Shown piece by piece: positions 7,597 to 17,090 of a DNA stretch of 33,696 nt (position 1 is the first letter of the stretch; the number at the start of each line of letters is the position of its first letter). The stretch is from Eubacteriales bacterium (GTDB lineage Bacteria; Bacillota; Clostridia; Oscillospirales; QAKW01), in NCBI GenBank assembly GCA_045602565.1, contig JAZSBU010000045.1, positions 1 through 33,696 of the forward strand, read 5' to 3'. Under the pieces are notes generated by a model that worked only from the letters and a program-made list of their open reading frames with translations, did no database searches and was not told the DNA's origin. The translations under genes and the position numbers were made by a program.

Positions 7597-8380
7597 GGAA
7601 TTCCTCCGTTCGAACAGCCAAGTCGCAGGCTTGCTCAACATCCAATAAAGTTTGACCGTACATTTCCAGGTGCAGCAAATATTCGCGATTTCCTGATTCT
7701 CCGGTAAGCCCGCTAAATGCAACACCTTTCACTCCGAAACCAAGTTCGCGTGCAAAGCTGATGATATCTTTTAAAACTCTCAAATGTATCTTTCGGTCTA
7801 AGACAACACCGGATTTATTTAAATATGCAGGTCCCGCCTCAAACTGGGGTTTGACGAGAATAATGGCAAAACCGCCCTCGCTCAAAATCAAGGAAACTGC
7901 AGGCAGGATGGTCTTTATAGATATGAAAGACAGGTCCGCTGTAACGGCATCGATCATGCAATCAAAATCACTCGCTTTTAAATAACGCGCATTTGTATGC
8001 TCCATATTAATGATTCGTGCATCTTCCTTGATTATGGGATGCAACTGCGCTGTTCCGATATCGACTGCATAAACTTTTGCGGCGCCTTTTTCCAGCAAAA
8101 CTTGGCAAAATCCACCGGTTGAAGCCCCCAGATCCACAACCGTTTTATCAGCAAAGGATAAACCGAACAGATCATAAGCTGTCAGCAATTTATGCGCAGA
8201 TCTTGCGACATAGTTTTTTTGATGCTTCAGCAAGACAACAACATCCGATTCCGAAATGTCATACGAAGGCTTTATAATCTTTGCGCCGTTCACCGAAAAA
8301 CAGCCGTTTTTGATCGCAGTCGACGCTTTGTTTCTGCTTTCATAAAAACCTTTTTCCACCAAGTAAACATCAAATCTCAT
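7589..8380 (-). CDS. tlyA: TlyA-family rRNA 2'-O-methyltransferase (haemolysin A-like)
   Basis: 263 aa. S4 domain N-terminus (MRFDVYLVEKGFYESRNKA) plus FtsJ-type SAM motif DLGASTGGF. Confidence 0.9.
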   Translation of the reverse strand: MRFDVYLVEKGFYESRNKASTAIKNGCFSVNGAKIIKPSYDISESDVVVLLKHQKNYVARSAHKLLTAYDLFGLSFADKTVVDLGASTGGFCQVLLEKGAAKVYAVDIGTAQLHPIIKEDARIINMEHTNARYLKASDFDCMIDAVTADLSFISIKTILPAVSLILSEGGFAIILVKPQFEAGPAYLNKSGVVLDRKIHLRVLKDIISFARELGFGVKGVAFSGLTGESGNREYLLHLEMYGQTLLDVEQACDLAVRTEEFHE

Positions 8381-10230
8381 TACCCGATGTCTCCCATCGA
8401 TGTAATCAATTGAGCAAGACTTTCTTCGTCTAAATGGTGTTCTTTCAACAATTCTTCGGGTTTTCCTGATCTCATAAACAAATTTTTGATACCAACATTT
8501 TTAAATATACCGCTAAACCCATTATTCAGTAACAAATTACCCAGATGGGCACCTACACCGCCATGCACAAAACCTTCTTCAACAACTAAGATTTTTTTAA
8601 ATTTAAGCAGTTTTTGCAACGTCTCCTCAGACACCGGTAAGATCTTATTCAGTTTCAAAAAAGCCACCGGTACTTTCGCCAAACGAATTGCTTTTAAGCA
8701 AGGAACCACTTCTCTTCCATAGGAAATTACACAAAAATCTTCGTTATTCCCATACCAATCAACATCGGCATCTACTTCTTTAAACGATAAATTCTCGGCA
8801 GGAGCACTCCCCCGCGGATAACGAACTACAGAGACACCTTCTTCATAGATCGATCGAGAAAGCACCTTGCGAAGTTCATCATAGGTCGAAGGAGAATAAA
8901 CTGAAACATTCGGAATCGGCAGCAGCATCGGTACATCAAACAGGCCCTGGTGCGTTTCTCCGTCCTCCCCTACAATTCCGGCGCGATCAATACATATGGT
9001 CATCGAATGACCTTGGAGAGCAAGATCGTGGATCACTTGATCATATCCGCGCTGCAAAAAGGATGAATATACCGCAAACACCGGCTTCATCCCATTTCGA
9101 GCCAATCCGCCGGCAAAAGTCAACGCGTGTTGCTCCGCAATACCGACATCAAAAAAACGGTTGGGAAATCGCTTTGAAAAATCGGTCAAGCCACACCCCG
9201 ATGCCATTGCCGCTGTAATGGCGCAGATTCGAGAATCCTTTTCGGCCAGTTCACACAATTCCTCGCCAAAAACCGAAGAAAAATCGATTTTTTTATCTGT
9301 TGATTGCTGGCCGGTTTCCACGTCAAACGAACCAAGCCCATGATAATTGGTGGGTTGCTCTTCTGCAAATGTATAGCCTTTTCCCTTTACAGTCTTAACA
9401 TGGATCAGGCAGGGTCGTTTCAATTCCTTGGCACGGTTTAAGACACGTTCTAATGTCCTTTGATTATGCCCATCGATCGGTCCAAAGTAAACAAAGCCCA
9501 TATTTTCAAAAATGTTACCTTGATAAAAGACAGATTTCAGTGCTCGTTTGATTTTCTGGAAAAACTTATAGAACCCCTTACCAATCAAAGGTGTACCCTG
9601 TGTCATTCTGGTAAGAACATCTTTAAACTTGAAATATCCCTGCCTGGATCTGATTTTTGCCAGATAATCCGCCACCGAACCGACATTTTTAGAGATACTC
9701 ATATCGTTATCGTTCAAAATAACAATGAGATTTCCCCGCATTCTTCCGCCGTTATTCAATCCTTCATAGGATAGACCGCCGGTCATCGCGCCATCACCAA
9801 CAATCGAAACAACGTAACGATCATTTTCATCCTTCAATTGAAAGGCTTTTAATAATCCGACTGCAGACGAAATCGCAGTGGAACTATGACCTGTTTTCAA
9901 CGGGTCATGAATACTTTCTTGCGGGCTTGGAAACCCCGAAAGCCCATCAATTTGACGCAAAGAATTAAAGTCCTTATAACGTCCGGTCAGCAGTTTATGA
10001 ACATAACATTGATGCCCCACATCGAAGATGATCTGATCCTTAGGAGAATCAAAAACACGATGAATCGCCATCGTCAGTTCAACAACACCGAGGTTACTGG
10101 CAAGATGGCCGCCGGTATGAGCAACATTATTGATCAAGCATGTTCGTATTTCATCGCCCAATTCGGCAATGCGAGAATAATCAAACATCTTGATATCTGA
10201 TGGTTTTTGAATTTGATCTAAAATACTCAT
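8380..10230 (-). CDS. dxs: 1-deoxy-D-xylulose-5-phosphate synthase
   Basis: 616 aa with the ThDP motif GDGAMTGGLSYEGLNN and typical N-terminus (GGHLASNLGVVELT). The stop overlaps the tlyA start (TAATG). Confidence 0.95.
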   Translation of the reverse strand: MSILDQIQKPSDIKMFDYSRIAELGDEIRTCLINNVAHTGGHLASNLGVVELTMAIHRVFDSPKDQIIFDVGHQCYVHKLLTGRYKDFNSLRQIDGLSGFPSPQESIHDPLKTGHSSTAISSAVGLLKAFQLKDENDRYVVSIVGDGAMTGGLSYEGLNNGGRMRGNLIVILNDNDMSISKNVGSVADYLAKIRSRQGYFKFKDVLTRMTQGTPLIGKGFYKFFQKIKRALKSVFYQGNIFENMGFVYFGPIDGHNQRTLERVLNRAKELKRPCLIHVKTVKGKGYTFAEEQPTNYHGLGSFDVETGQQSTDKKIDFSSVFGEELCELAEKDSRICAITAAMASGCGLTDFSKRFPNRFFDVGIAEQHALTFAGGLARNGMKPVFAVYSSFLQRGYDQVIHDLALQGHSMTICIDRAGIVGEDGETHQGLFDVPMLLPIPNVSVYSPSTYDELRKVLSRSIYEEGVSVVRYPRGSAPAENLSFKEVDADVDWYGNNEDFCVISYGREVVPCLKAIRLAKVPVAFLKLNKILPVSEETLQKLLKFKKILVVEEGFVHGGVGAHLGNLLLNNGFSGIFKNVGIKNLFMRSGKPEELLKEHHLDEESLAQLITSMGDIG

Positions 10231-10248
10231 TACAGCAGCCCTTTCAAA

Positions 10249-11106
10249 TTATTTATTACGTGTGCCTATATATTCAGCAATCCACAATAAAAAAGCATCA
10301 TCCTGCACAGCACATTTTGCAAGTTCCAATTCCCGCTCTAAATATTTTTTGGCTTCGGAAACACCAAGAATCGAAGTAAATGTTGATTTATTTTCCAAAG
10401 CGTCCTTCCCCACTTCCTTGCCCAAAAGTTGGGTGTTGCCTTCCACATCCAAAATATCATCCCTGATTTGAAAGGCGAGTCCTATTCTACGGGAATAGTT
10501 TACATAATTTTCTGCTTTTTTATTTGATAACGCTTCCGCAATTTGAATAGGCGCCAATAATAACGCGCCGGTCTTCATCCGATGAAGTTCTAAAAGTTCA
10601 TCAAACGTCAGGATGCGGCTCTCGCCAATTTTATCAATGGCTTGTCCATTCAACATTCCAAGCGCACCGGATGCCGAAAAAAGTACACGCATCGCGTTTA
10701 GGAAGAATTCCGGTTGATATTTGTTTTTATGCGATAAAAGAAATTCAACCGCATAATTCAAAATACCATCCCCAGCCAAAAGCGCCGTAGCGTGATCAAA
10801 CTTTTTATGGCAGGTTGGCAACCCTCTTCTAAAATCATCATCATCCATTTCAGGTAAATCATCATGAACTAATGAGTAGGCATGGATCATTTCCAACGCA
10901 ACAGCAAACGGTATCGCTTGCTCTTCCGGAACAGAAAGTCGCTTACAGAAAGAGAGCGTTAAAACACCTCTTAACCGCTTTCCCGGAGCCAAAACCGCAT
11001 ATTTCATCGGATCGATCAATCGAGAATCGACTAATGCATTTTCGGAAAACGCCAGTTCAATGGCATCATCCACACGCTTCTTTATCTTAAAAAATTCACT
11101 CTTCAT
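10249..11106 (-). CDS. ispA: Farnesyl/geranyl diphosphate synthase (polyprenyl synthetase)
   Basis: First aspartate-rich motif LVHDDLPEMDDDDFRRG and second motif IRDDILD. Start placed at the ATG at 11106 (MKSEFF, SD GAGGAA), overlapping xseB by 11 nt. The ORF track extends to 11166. Confidence 0.88.
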   Translation of the reverse strand: MKSEFFKIKKRVDDAIELAFSENALVDSRLIDPMKYAVLAPGKRLRGVLTLSFCKRLSVPEEQAIPFAVALEMIHAYSLVHDDLPEMDDDDFRRGLPTCHKKFDHATALLAGDGILNYAVEFLLSHKNKYQPEFFLNAMRVLFSASGALGMLNGQAIDKIGESRILTFDELLELHRMKTGALLLAPIQIAEALSNKKAENYVNYSRRIGLAFQIRDDILDVEGNTQLLGKEVGKDALENKSTFTSILGVSEAKKYLERELELAKCAVQDDAFLLWIAEYIGTRNK

Positions 11107-11311
11107 CCTGAAGTTCCTCAATATTTTCCTGCTGCAAAAATCGAACTTTTTGCTCAGCCGATTCAAGCAAGTTTGTACACTGTTTACTTAGTTTGATTCC
11201 TTCTTCAAAAAGAGTAATCGATTCATCCAAAGACGCTTCGCCGCTTTCCAAAATTCGAACCACTTCGCTCAAGCGACTCAACGCTTCTTCAAATTTCATT
11301 TCTTTATCCAT
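11096..11311 (-). CDS. xseB: Exodeoxyribonuclease VII small subunit
   Basis: 71 aa with FEEALSRLSEVVRILESGEASLDESITLFEEGIKL. Follows xseA with an 8-nt overlap. Confidence 0.92.
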   Translation of the reverse strand: MDKEMKFEEALSRLSEVVRILESGEASLDESITLFEEGIKLSKQCTNLLESAEQKVRFLQQENIEELQDEE

Positions 11312-12527
11312 TGTAATTTTTCAACGTTATATTATCTACAATACAACGCGCCTTTCCGTCTGACATATGAATTTGAATGACATCATCCACAGAGAGTTTT
11401 TCAACATTTTGAATAACACCCTTCTCCTCATGTTCAACAAAAGAATAGCCTCTGCCCAACACCTTTAGAGGGCTCAATGCATCCAACTTAGAAATGTTGG
11501 TAAGCAATTTTTGTTCTTGCAATTTATAATGTTTTTGTATAGAGCTCAATAGTTTTTCGGTCCAATGATCCAACAATAAATACGGTTTATCGGTAAATGC
11601 TTTAGGATCATTTAAGACCTTTGCTTGCGTATAACGCGCCAATAAATTTTTATTATTTTCAACAACCCTGGTCAATGCGGCACCGATTCGTTTTTGATTT
11701 TGGGATATATTGACACGAAGATCCTCTGCGTTTGGGACAGCAAGTTCCGCCGCGCCCGATGGTGTCGGAGCGCGTAAATCGGCTACAAAATCACAAATAG
11801 TGAAATCTGTTTCGTGCCCGACAGCAGAAATCGTCGGAATAGTGCAGTTATAGATAGCGAGTGCAAGATCCGGATCATTAAACCCCCAAAGATCCTCGAT
11901 AGAACCACCGCCGCGACCGATGATGATAACGTCGACCGATTTTGCTTTTTCAAAATATTCAATCCCGCGAATTAGAGATGCCGGTGCTTGATCGCCTTGC
12001 ACAATCGCTGGAAAAACATCAACTTCCGCCGCAGGAAAACGGCGGCCGAGAATTTGAATAATATCCTGCACAGCTGCGCCTGTCGGCGCTGTAATGACCC
12101 CGACCCGAGAGGGTATGGATGGAATTTTTAACTTATGTTGTTCATTAAAAACTCCTGCCGCCGCCAACTGCTTTTTCAATTGTTCAAAGGCAAGATAAAG
12201 ATCCCCCACCCCATCTTCTCGCAGGTCGGTTATATATAACTGGTACACACCGGTTTTTTCGAAAATCGAAACACTTCCTTTGGCGATCACTTTCATCCCG
12301 TTTTCCGGGCGAAAACGAAGTCTGGACGCATTGGATCGAAACATTACCGCACTGATAATACCGCCTTCATCTTTTAAACGGAAATAAATATGACCGCTGC
12401 CGTGAATGGTTAAATTTGAGATTTCCCCCATCACACATATGCTGCGAAGATTAAAATCCGCTTCCAAGACAGTTTTCAAGTATTGATTCAGTTGTGTGAC
12501 TGTAATAGCGGCTTTTTCCATCATCAT
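11304..12527 (-). CDS. xseA: Exodeoxyribonuclease VII large subunit
   Basis: 407 aa. OB-fold N-terminus (VTQLNQYLKTVLE..VMGEISN) and catalytic region GRGGGSIEDLWGFN. Confidence 0.93.
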   Translation of the reverse strand: MMMEKAAITVTQLNQYLKTVLEADFNLRSICVMGEISNLTIHGSGHIYFRLKDEGGIISAVMFRSNASRLRFRPENGMKVIAKGSVSIFEKTGVYQLYITDLREDGVGDLYLAFEQLKKQLAAAGVFNEQHKLKIPSIPSRVGVITAPTGAAVQDIIQILGRRFPAAEVDVFPAIVQGDQAPASLIRGIEYFEKAKSVDVIIIGRGGGSIEDLWGFNDPDLALAIYNCTIPTISAVGHETDFTICDFVADLRAPTPSGAAELAVPNAEDLRVNISQNQKRIGAALTRVVENNKNLLARYTQAKVLNDPKAFTDKPYLLLDHWTEKLLSSIQKHYKLQEQKLLTNISKLDALSPLKVLGRGYSFVEHEEKGVIQNVEKLSVDDVIQIHMSDGKARCIVDNITLKNYNG

Positions 12528-12919
12528 TTTTTGGAGATGGTGCTGAGAACACCGTGCACAAAACTACCGGAATCCTCTTCGCTAAACTCTTTGGCCAATT
12601 CGATCGCTTCGTTGACGGCCACACGATCGGGAATGTCGGGATTAAATTTCAGTTCAAAGGTAGCCAACCGCAAAATAGCACGACAAACTGCATTCAACCG
12701 TTTCATCGACCAGTTTGCCAATGCAGGCTCAATCAGTTTATCAATCTCATCCCAATGAGCGCAAATACCATAATAAGTATCATTAATATATTGGATCGGT
12801 TCTTCGATCTCTTGCTGATTATAAAACTCTTCTAAAATGGTTTCTTTGTTTTCAAGCCCTTGAAAACCGATCGAATAAATTAATTGAAAAACAACTTTTC
12901 TTTGCTTTTGTCTTGTCAT
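12524..12919 (-). CDS. nusB: Transcription antitermination factor NusB
   Basis: 131 aa with R.AR..A.Q-type N-terminus, RLNAVCRAILRLATFEL and EAIELAKEF..FVHGVL. Confidence 0.9.
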   Translation of the reverse strand: MTRQKQRKVVFQLIYSIGFQGLENKETILEEFYNQQEIEEPIQYINDTYYGICAHWDEIDKLIEPALANWSMKRLNAVCRAILRLATFELKFNPDIPDRVAVNEAIELAKEFSEEDSGSFVHGVLSTISKK

Positions 12920-13554
12920 TTTATCTCCTTTTCAATGCATACGCACAATACAGAACCTTGATGAACTTCAACTGTAGGTTTTGAATCCTTAGACTCATTG
13001 CTGACACATAATGAACGATCCCTTCGTATCGTATAACGATCCAATGGATACTTAAAGCCATCAAGCGAAATCAATGCCGTTTCTTCCATCGGAAAAAACG
13101 AATAATATTGAAAATCATTGCTTGGATGATACGTTCCTTTATCCATTAAGTAGACAAGGTTTTCTCCATCATATAATTTGAGCGCTATCCCGAGAGCCCG
13201 CGCATACAGAAGCAAATTCAAATTTGCAACAGTATGATCGATTCTCCCGCCAAATGGGGCAATAAGCCAAATGGATCTATACCCTTTCGAAGCTCCAAAC
13301 TCAAGGGCAAGCTCGCTATCTGTCTGATCTTTTTCCTTTGGAAAAACAATAACATTGGATGAATCCGGTTGATCCGCAGAATCAAAATCGCCCAAAATAT
13401 GCTTCAAATGAAGATTCATATCCAAGGCCGTTTTATATCCGGCATCCGCAGCATAAAAATCAAACGAGTTTTTAGAGATTAAGCGCGCCAGGTTTTCTCG
13501 ATTACGCAGTTCACCGGCCAAAAATATCATTAATTGTTTTTCTTTTTGCTCCAA
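12916..13554 (-). CDS. thiN: Thiamine diphosphokinase
   Basis: 212 aa with the GDFDS signature (HILGDFDSADQ). The start is ambiguous. It may be the TTG at 13554 (SD AAGGAG 11 nt upstream) or the ATG at 13530, which forms a TAATG junction with the rsgA stop. Confidence 0.85.
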   Translation of the reverse strand: MEQKEKQLMIFLAGELRNRENLARLISKNSFDFYAADAGYKTALDMNLHLKHILGDFDSADQPDSSNVIVFPKEKDQTDSELALEFGASKGYRSIWLIAPFGGRIDHTVANLNLLLYARALGIALKLYDGENLVYLMDKGTYHPSNDFQYYSFFPMEETALISLDGFKYPLDRYTIRRDRSLCVSNESKDSKPTVEVHQGSVLCVCIEKEIK

Positions 13555-14423
13555 GGTGTTTCCGACTCCTTTAAATATTGATACATCTGACGGTAACTTT
13601 CATACCGGCGGGAAGAAATCATTCCACTTTCCACCGCATTTCGAACTCCGCACTCCTTTTCGTTCATATGTGCGCAATTCAAATAGCTGCAATCAGGCAA
13701 ATACGGAAAAAACTCAGGAAAATATTTTTCAAGTTCAGCAGATTCAATAGAATATCCTTCCAATTCCAACGCACCAAATCCCGGGGTATCGGCCAGATAA
13801 CCATCGCCCATCGAGAACAATTCAATATGCCTGGTTGTGTGTCTTCCACGCCCAAGTTTATCTGAAATTTCGCCGGTTTTAAGATTAAGTTCGGGGAACA
13901 GTTTATTAATGATACTGCTCTTGCCAACGCCGGTATTTCCGGCAAATATCACCGTTTTCCCTGCCAGGGCGGCGCGAAGATCTTCTACCCCCGCGCCGGT
14001 TTCGGCAGATACACAAAAAACAGCATAACCAATAGATTTATATAAATCAACCAACACTTGAACATCATCTTCATCGTTAAGATCAGCTTTATTAAAGATC
14101 AAGATCGGTTCTACTCCGACACTTTTGGAAATCACTAACATCTTATCGATCGTGTATTGATATGGAGTTGGCTTAGCGTAGGAAGATACATAACATAATA
14201 CATCAACATTTGAAACATTAGGACGAATCAAATAATTGCTGCGTGGGAGTATTTTTTCAATACGGCCGGAACCATCCGAAAAAACAGAGATCTCTACATA
14301 ATCCCCCGGAACCGGTGAAATCCCTTGTTTTCGAAAACCGCCTTTTGCCGTACATTGAATATTTCCTTCCGATGTCACAACAGTATAGACTCCGGAAAGG
14401 AGTTTGATGATCTTCCCCTTCAT
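13530..14423 (-). CDS. rsgA: Ribosome small-subunit-dependent GTPase A
   Basis: 297 aa. OB domain, circularly permuted GTPase (NKADL before GNTGVGKSS) and C-terminal zinc cluster C..C.H....C. Confidence 0.92.
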   Translation of the reverse strand: MKGKIIKLLSGVYTVVTSEGNIQCTAKGGFRKQGISPVPGDYVEISVFSDGSGRIEKILPRSNYLIRPNVSNVDVLCYVSSYAKPTPYQYTIDKMLVISKSVGVEPILIFNKADLNDEDDVQVLVDLYKSIGYAVFCVSAETGAGVEDLRAALAGKTVIFAGNTGVGKSSIINKLFPELNLKTGEISDKLGRGRHTTRHIELFSMGDGYLADTPGFGALELEGYSIESAELEKYFPEFFPYLPDCSYLNCAHMNEKECGVRNAVESGMISSRRYESYRQMYQYLKESETPWSKKKNN

Positions 14424-16360
14424 GCCTGCGGTGTTTCAGGTTTGGTTTCGGAAGTAGATACATCGCTGTTCGTCGAGGTATCTCCTTCACCCTCGTTGGG
14501 AGTTTCCGGTTCATCTGTCGTATCTTCCGGCGGAGTGTCTACCGGCGCATCGGGCTCATTGGGTTCGCCATCTTCAGAACCTTCTTGATCCGGTTCTTCT
14601 TCAGGTTTAGCACCCAAGCTAATGACAATATCGATCATTGTACCAACCTCAACATCGACATCTTTCAAAACGCTTTGCGAAATGACCAGCCCTTTTTCGA
14701 CCGTTTCGTGATACTCGCTCTTAACGGTTCCGATCTCTAATTTGTTGTTTTTAAGTGTCGTTTTCGCAGCGCTCTCGGTCATATTGCTGAGATCGGGCAT
14801 AACAATGGTTTCAACCTCATCGGGTTCATCCTCATCAGGCTTTTCCTCAGGTCCTCTGCTGATTGTGATAGTTACAACATCATCTTCATCAATTTCCTGA
14901 CCGGCTTTGGGAGAAGTTGAAATAACAGTTCCTTCTTTGACAGTATCGCTGAAATCTGTCTCTGTGCTATAGCGAATCTTTTGACGCTTCAGTTCAGCAA
15001 TGGCATCTTCTTTCGTCCATCCCACAATGCCGGGAACATAATTTGTATCTTTAATTTCCTCATCATCGTCTTTATCTTTGGATTCGCCTTTGCTGACAAC
15101 AACTGTGATTTTTCCATCCTTTTTAATCTGGCTGTCTGCAGCGGGTTTTTGAGAAATAATTTCGCCCTTAGGCTTAGAACTTGACTCCTCCGAACCGACA
15201 ACGATTTCAAAAGAATAGCCTTCTTTTGCTTCCTCAACAGTCATACCGACAACATTGGGGCATTTGACGGTTTTAGAGCCAAACAATTCCTTTTGAAATA
15301 TGACGCCGAGTGCAAATAGGATCAACAGTAAAAACGCAGTTCCCATACCTGCAATAACAGGAAACCATGTGGTCATAAATGCCGATTTGGGTTGTTTCTC
15401 GTCCTCTGCATCCAAATCACTCTCTACTTCTGCCTCCTCAGACTCTTCGCTCAATAGGTCCGAAGCAAAAATGGTGGGCGAATTATCCTCAGAATAGGAA
15501 AGTTCTTCTGCAAAATAATTAAATGTAACATCCGGATCCGCTTCATAAATCGAAATATCTGCCAAAAATGCCGCTGCAGATTGATAGCGAATGGCGGGAT
15601 CCTTCATAATGGCCTTAAGAATAATATCTTCCAGACCTTGCTTAATATTTTCATTTAACTCCGTAGGAAGATCCGGCTGCGATTGAACCTGCATCAAAGC
15701 AACAGCAACTGCGGTGTCTGCATCAAACGGCAGTTTTCCGGTCAACATCTCATAAAGGATGATACCCATAGAATAAATATCGCTGCGCTCATCGGTACGG
15801 TCACCGCTGGCTTGTTCGGGGCTGATATAATGAACCGAACCAATGGTCATATCACTGATAGTTTGAGTATCAAACTTGGTAAGTCTGGCAATACCAAAGT
15901 CAGTAATTTTAATGGTGCCGTTTTTCAGCAACAAAATGTTATGGGGCTTAATGTCGCGATGAACAATTCCCCGTTCATGTGCATGAGCAAGACCTTTGAG
16001 GATCTGCTTGATAAAATGAATGGCCTCAACGTCCGATAAAACACCTTTTTTCTCCATATATTCTTTCAAGGTGATTCCATCGATATATTCCATAACAATA
16101 TAGAGGGCGTCTCCTTCTAAGGATACATCATAAACATCAACAATATTGTTATGAGACAACATGGTGATTGCTTTAGATTCATTCGTAAAACGACGACGGA
16201 ATTGCGCATCAGACATAAATTCATCTTTAAGAATTTTGACTGCAACCACACGATTGCAAACCTTATCAAAAGCCTTAAAAACATACGCCATTCCGCCCAC
16301 ACCGATCACCTCGGTGATCATATAGCGATCATTTAAAACTTTTCCAATGTATTTTTCCAT
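14420..16360 (-). CDS. prkC: PASTA-domain Ser/Thr protein kinase
   Basis: Hanks kinase motifs (GVGGMAYVFKA, HRDIKPHNILL, DFGIA), one TM segment, three PASTA repeats and an acidic/proline-rich tail. Start placed at the ATG at 16360 (MEKYIGK, SD AGGAGG); the 669-aa ORF-track start is rejected. Confidence 0.93.
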   Translation of the reverse strand: MEKYIGKVLNDRYMITEVIGVGGMAYVFKAFDKVCNRVVAVKILKDEFMSDAQFRRRFTNESKAITMLSHNNIVDVYDVSLEGDALYIVMEYIDGITLKEYMEKKGVLSDVEAIHFIKQILKGLAHAHERGIVHRDIKPHNILLLKNGTIKITDFGIARLTKFDTQTISDMTIGSVHYISPEQASGDRTDERSDIYSMGIILYEMLTGKLPFDADTAVAVALMQVQSQPDLPTELNENIKQGLEDIILKAIMKDPAIRYQSAAAFLADISIYEADPDVTFNYFAEELSYSEDNSPTIFASDLLSEESEEAEVESDLDAEDEKQPKSAFMTTWFPVIAGMGTAFLLLILFALGVIFQKELFGSKTVKCPNVVGMTVEEAKEGYSFEIVVGSEESSSKPKGEIISQKPAADSQIKKDGKITVVVSKGESKDKDDDEEIKDTNYVPGIVGWTKEDAIAELKRQKIRYSTETDFSDTVKEGTVISTSPKAGQEIDEDDVVTITISRGPEEKPDEDEPDEVETIVMPDLSNMTESAAKTTLKNNKLEIGTVKSEYHETVEKGLVISQSVLKDVDVEVGTMIDIVISLGAKPEEEPDQEGSEDGEPNEPDAPVDTPPEDTTDEPETPNEGEGDTSTNSDVSTSETKPETPQA

Positions 16361-16373
16361 TCCTATATCCTCC

Positions 16374-17090
16374 TTAAACTTGAATAGCAGTAACCGTAAT
16401 ATTGTCGGTGCCGCCTCTACTATTAGCAAGATCGATCAATCGAATCGCAAGATCATCGAATTCTCCGCCTGATGCTTCAAATTGAATTTCATTTTCATCG
16501 ACATAATTGCTCAGTCCGTCAGAACACAGCAAAATGATATCGCCCGACGAAACGGAAAGTTCAAAGTAATCGTAATCAATTTCGTTATTGATTCCGATCG
16601 CTCGTGTAATCACATTTTTATTAGGATGTATTTTAGCCTGTCGTTCAGTTATGTGACCGCTGTCGACAAGTTCTTGAACTGCGGAGTGATCCTTTGTGAT
16701 TTGAGTTATAGATCCATTGGTAATATGATAAGCTCTGCTGTCGCCGACATTTCCGATATAGGCCTTGCCCTCTTTTACCAAAGCAAGTACCAATGTTGTC
16801 CCCATTCCGGAAAGGTCTTCTCTTTTTTGAGCCTCATTATAAACAATCTGGTTGCATTGTTTAATGGCACTATCAAATAGATTATTGATTTTTTCGTTCG
16901 GTTTATGATGTGCAAATGACACTTTAAGTGAAGAGACAGCCAATTTGCTGGCCTCCTGCCCACCGTGAACACCGCCCATTCCATCGCATACAACGGCAAT
17001 CGATGCTTGTTTATCAAGTTGTTCTAGCCAAAAAGCATCTTGATTTTCATTGCGTACCATTCCAACATCGCTTTTTCCAACGACTCTCAA
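16374..17090 (-). CDS. stp: PP2C-family Ser/Thr phosphatase (partner of PrkC)
   Basis: 238 aa with NEDAF-like NQDAF, VCDGMGG and GGTDNITV. Confidence 0.92.
   Translation of the reverse strand: MRVVGKSDVGMVRNENQDAFWLEQLDKQASIAVVCDGMGGVHGGQEASKLAVSSLKVSFAHHKPNEKINNLFDSAIKQCNQIVYNEAQKREDLSGMGTTLVLALVKEGKAYIGNVGDSRAYHITNGSITQITKDHSAVQELVDSGHITERQAKIHPNKNVITRAIGINNEIDYDYFELSVSSGDIILLCSDGLSNYVDENEIQFEASGGEFDDLAIRLIDLANSRGGTDNITVTAIQV

Noticed and set aside
7597-7725. N-terminal extensions in the ORF track: nadK to 7725, ispA to 11166, prkC to 16429, fmt to 21057, def to 21508, priA to 23976, gmk to 24732, gerQ to 26319, cwlJ to 26818, uvrA to 29724, rplU to 4505, rpsF from 31903
   Set aside because: In each case an internal ATG is preceded by a proper Shine-Dalgarno sequence and reproduces the conserved family N-terminus. 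The extension reads through the 3' end of the upstream gene, an SD or a hairpin.
14325-14588. 87-aa Ser/Gly/Val-rich plus-strand ORF
   Set aside because: It is the antisense shadow of the acidic/proline-rich PrkC tail and is pure low complexity.
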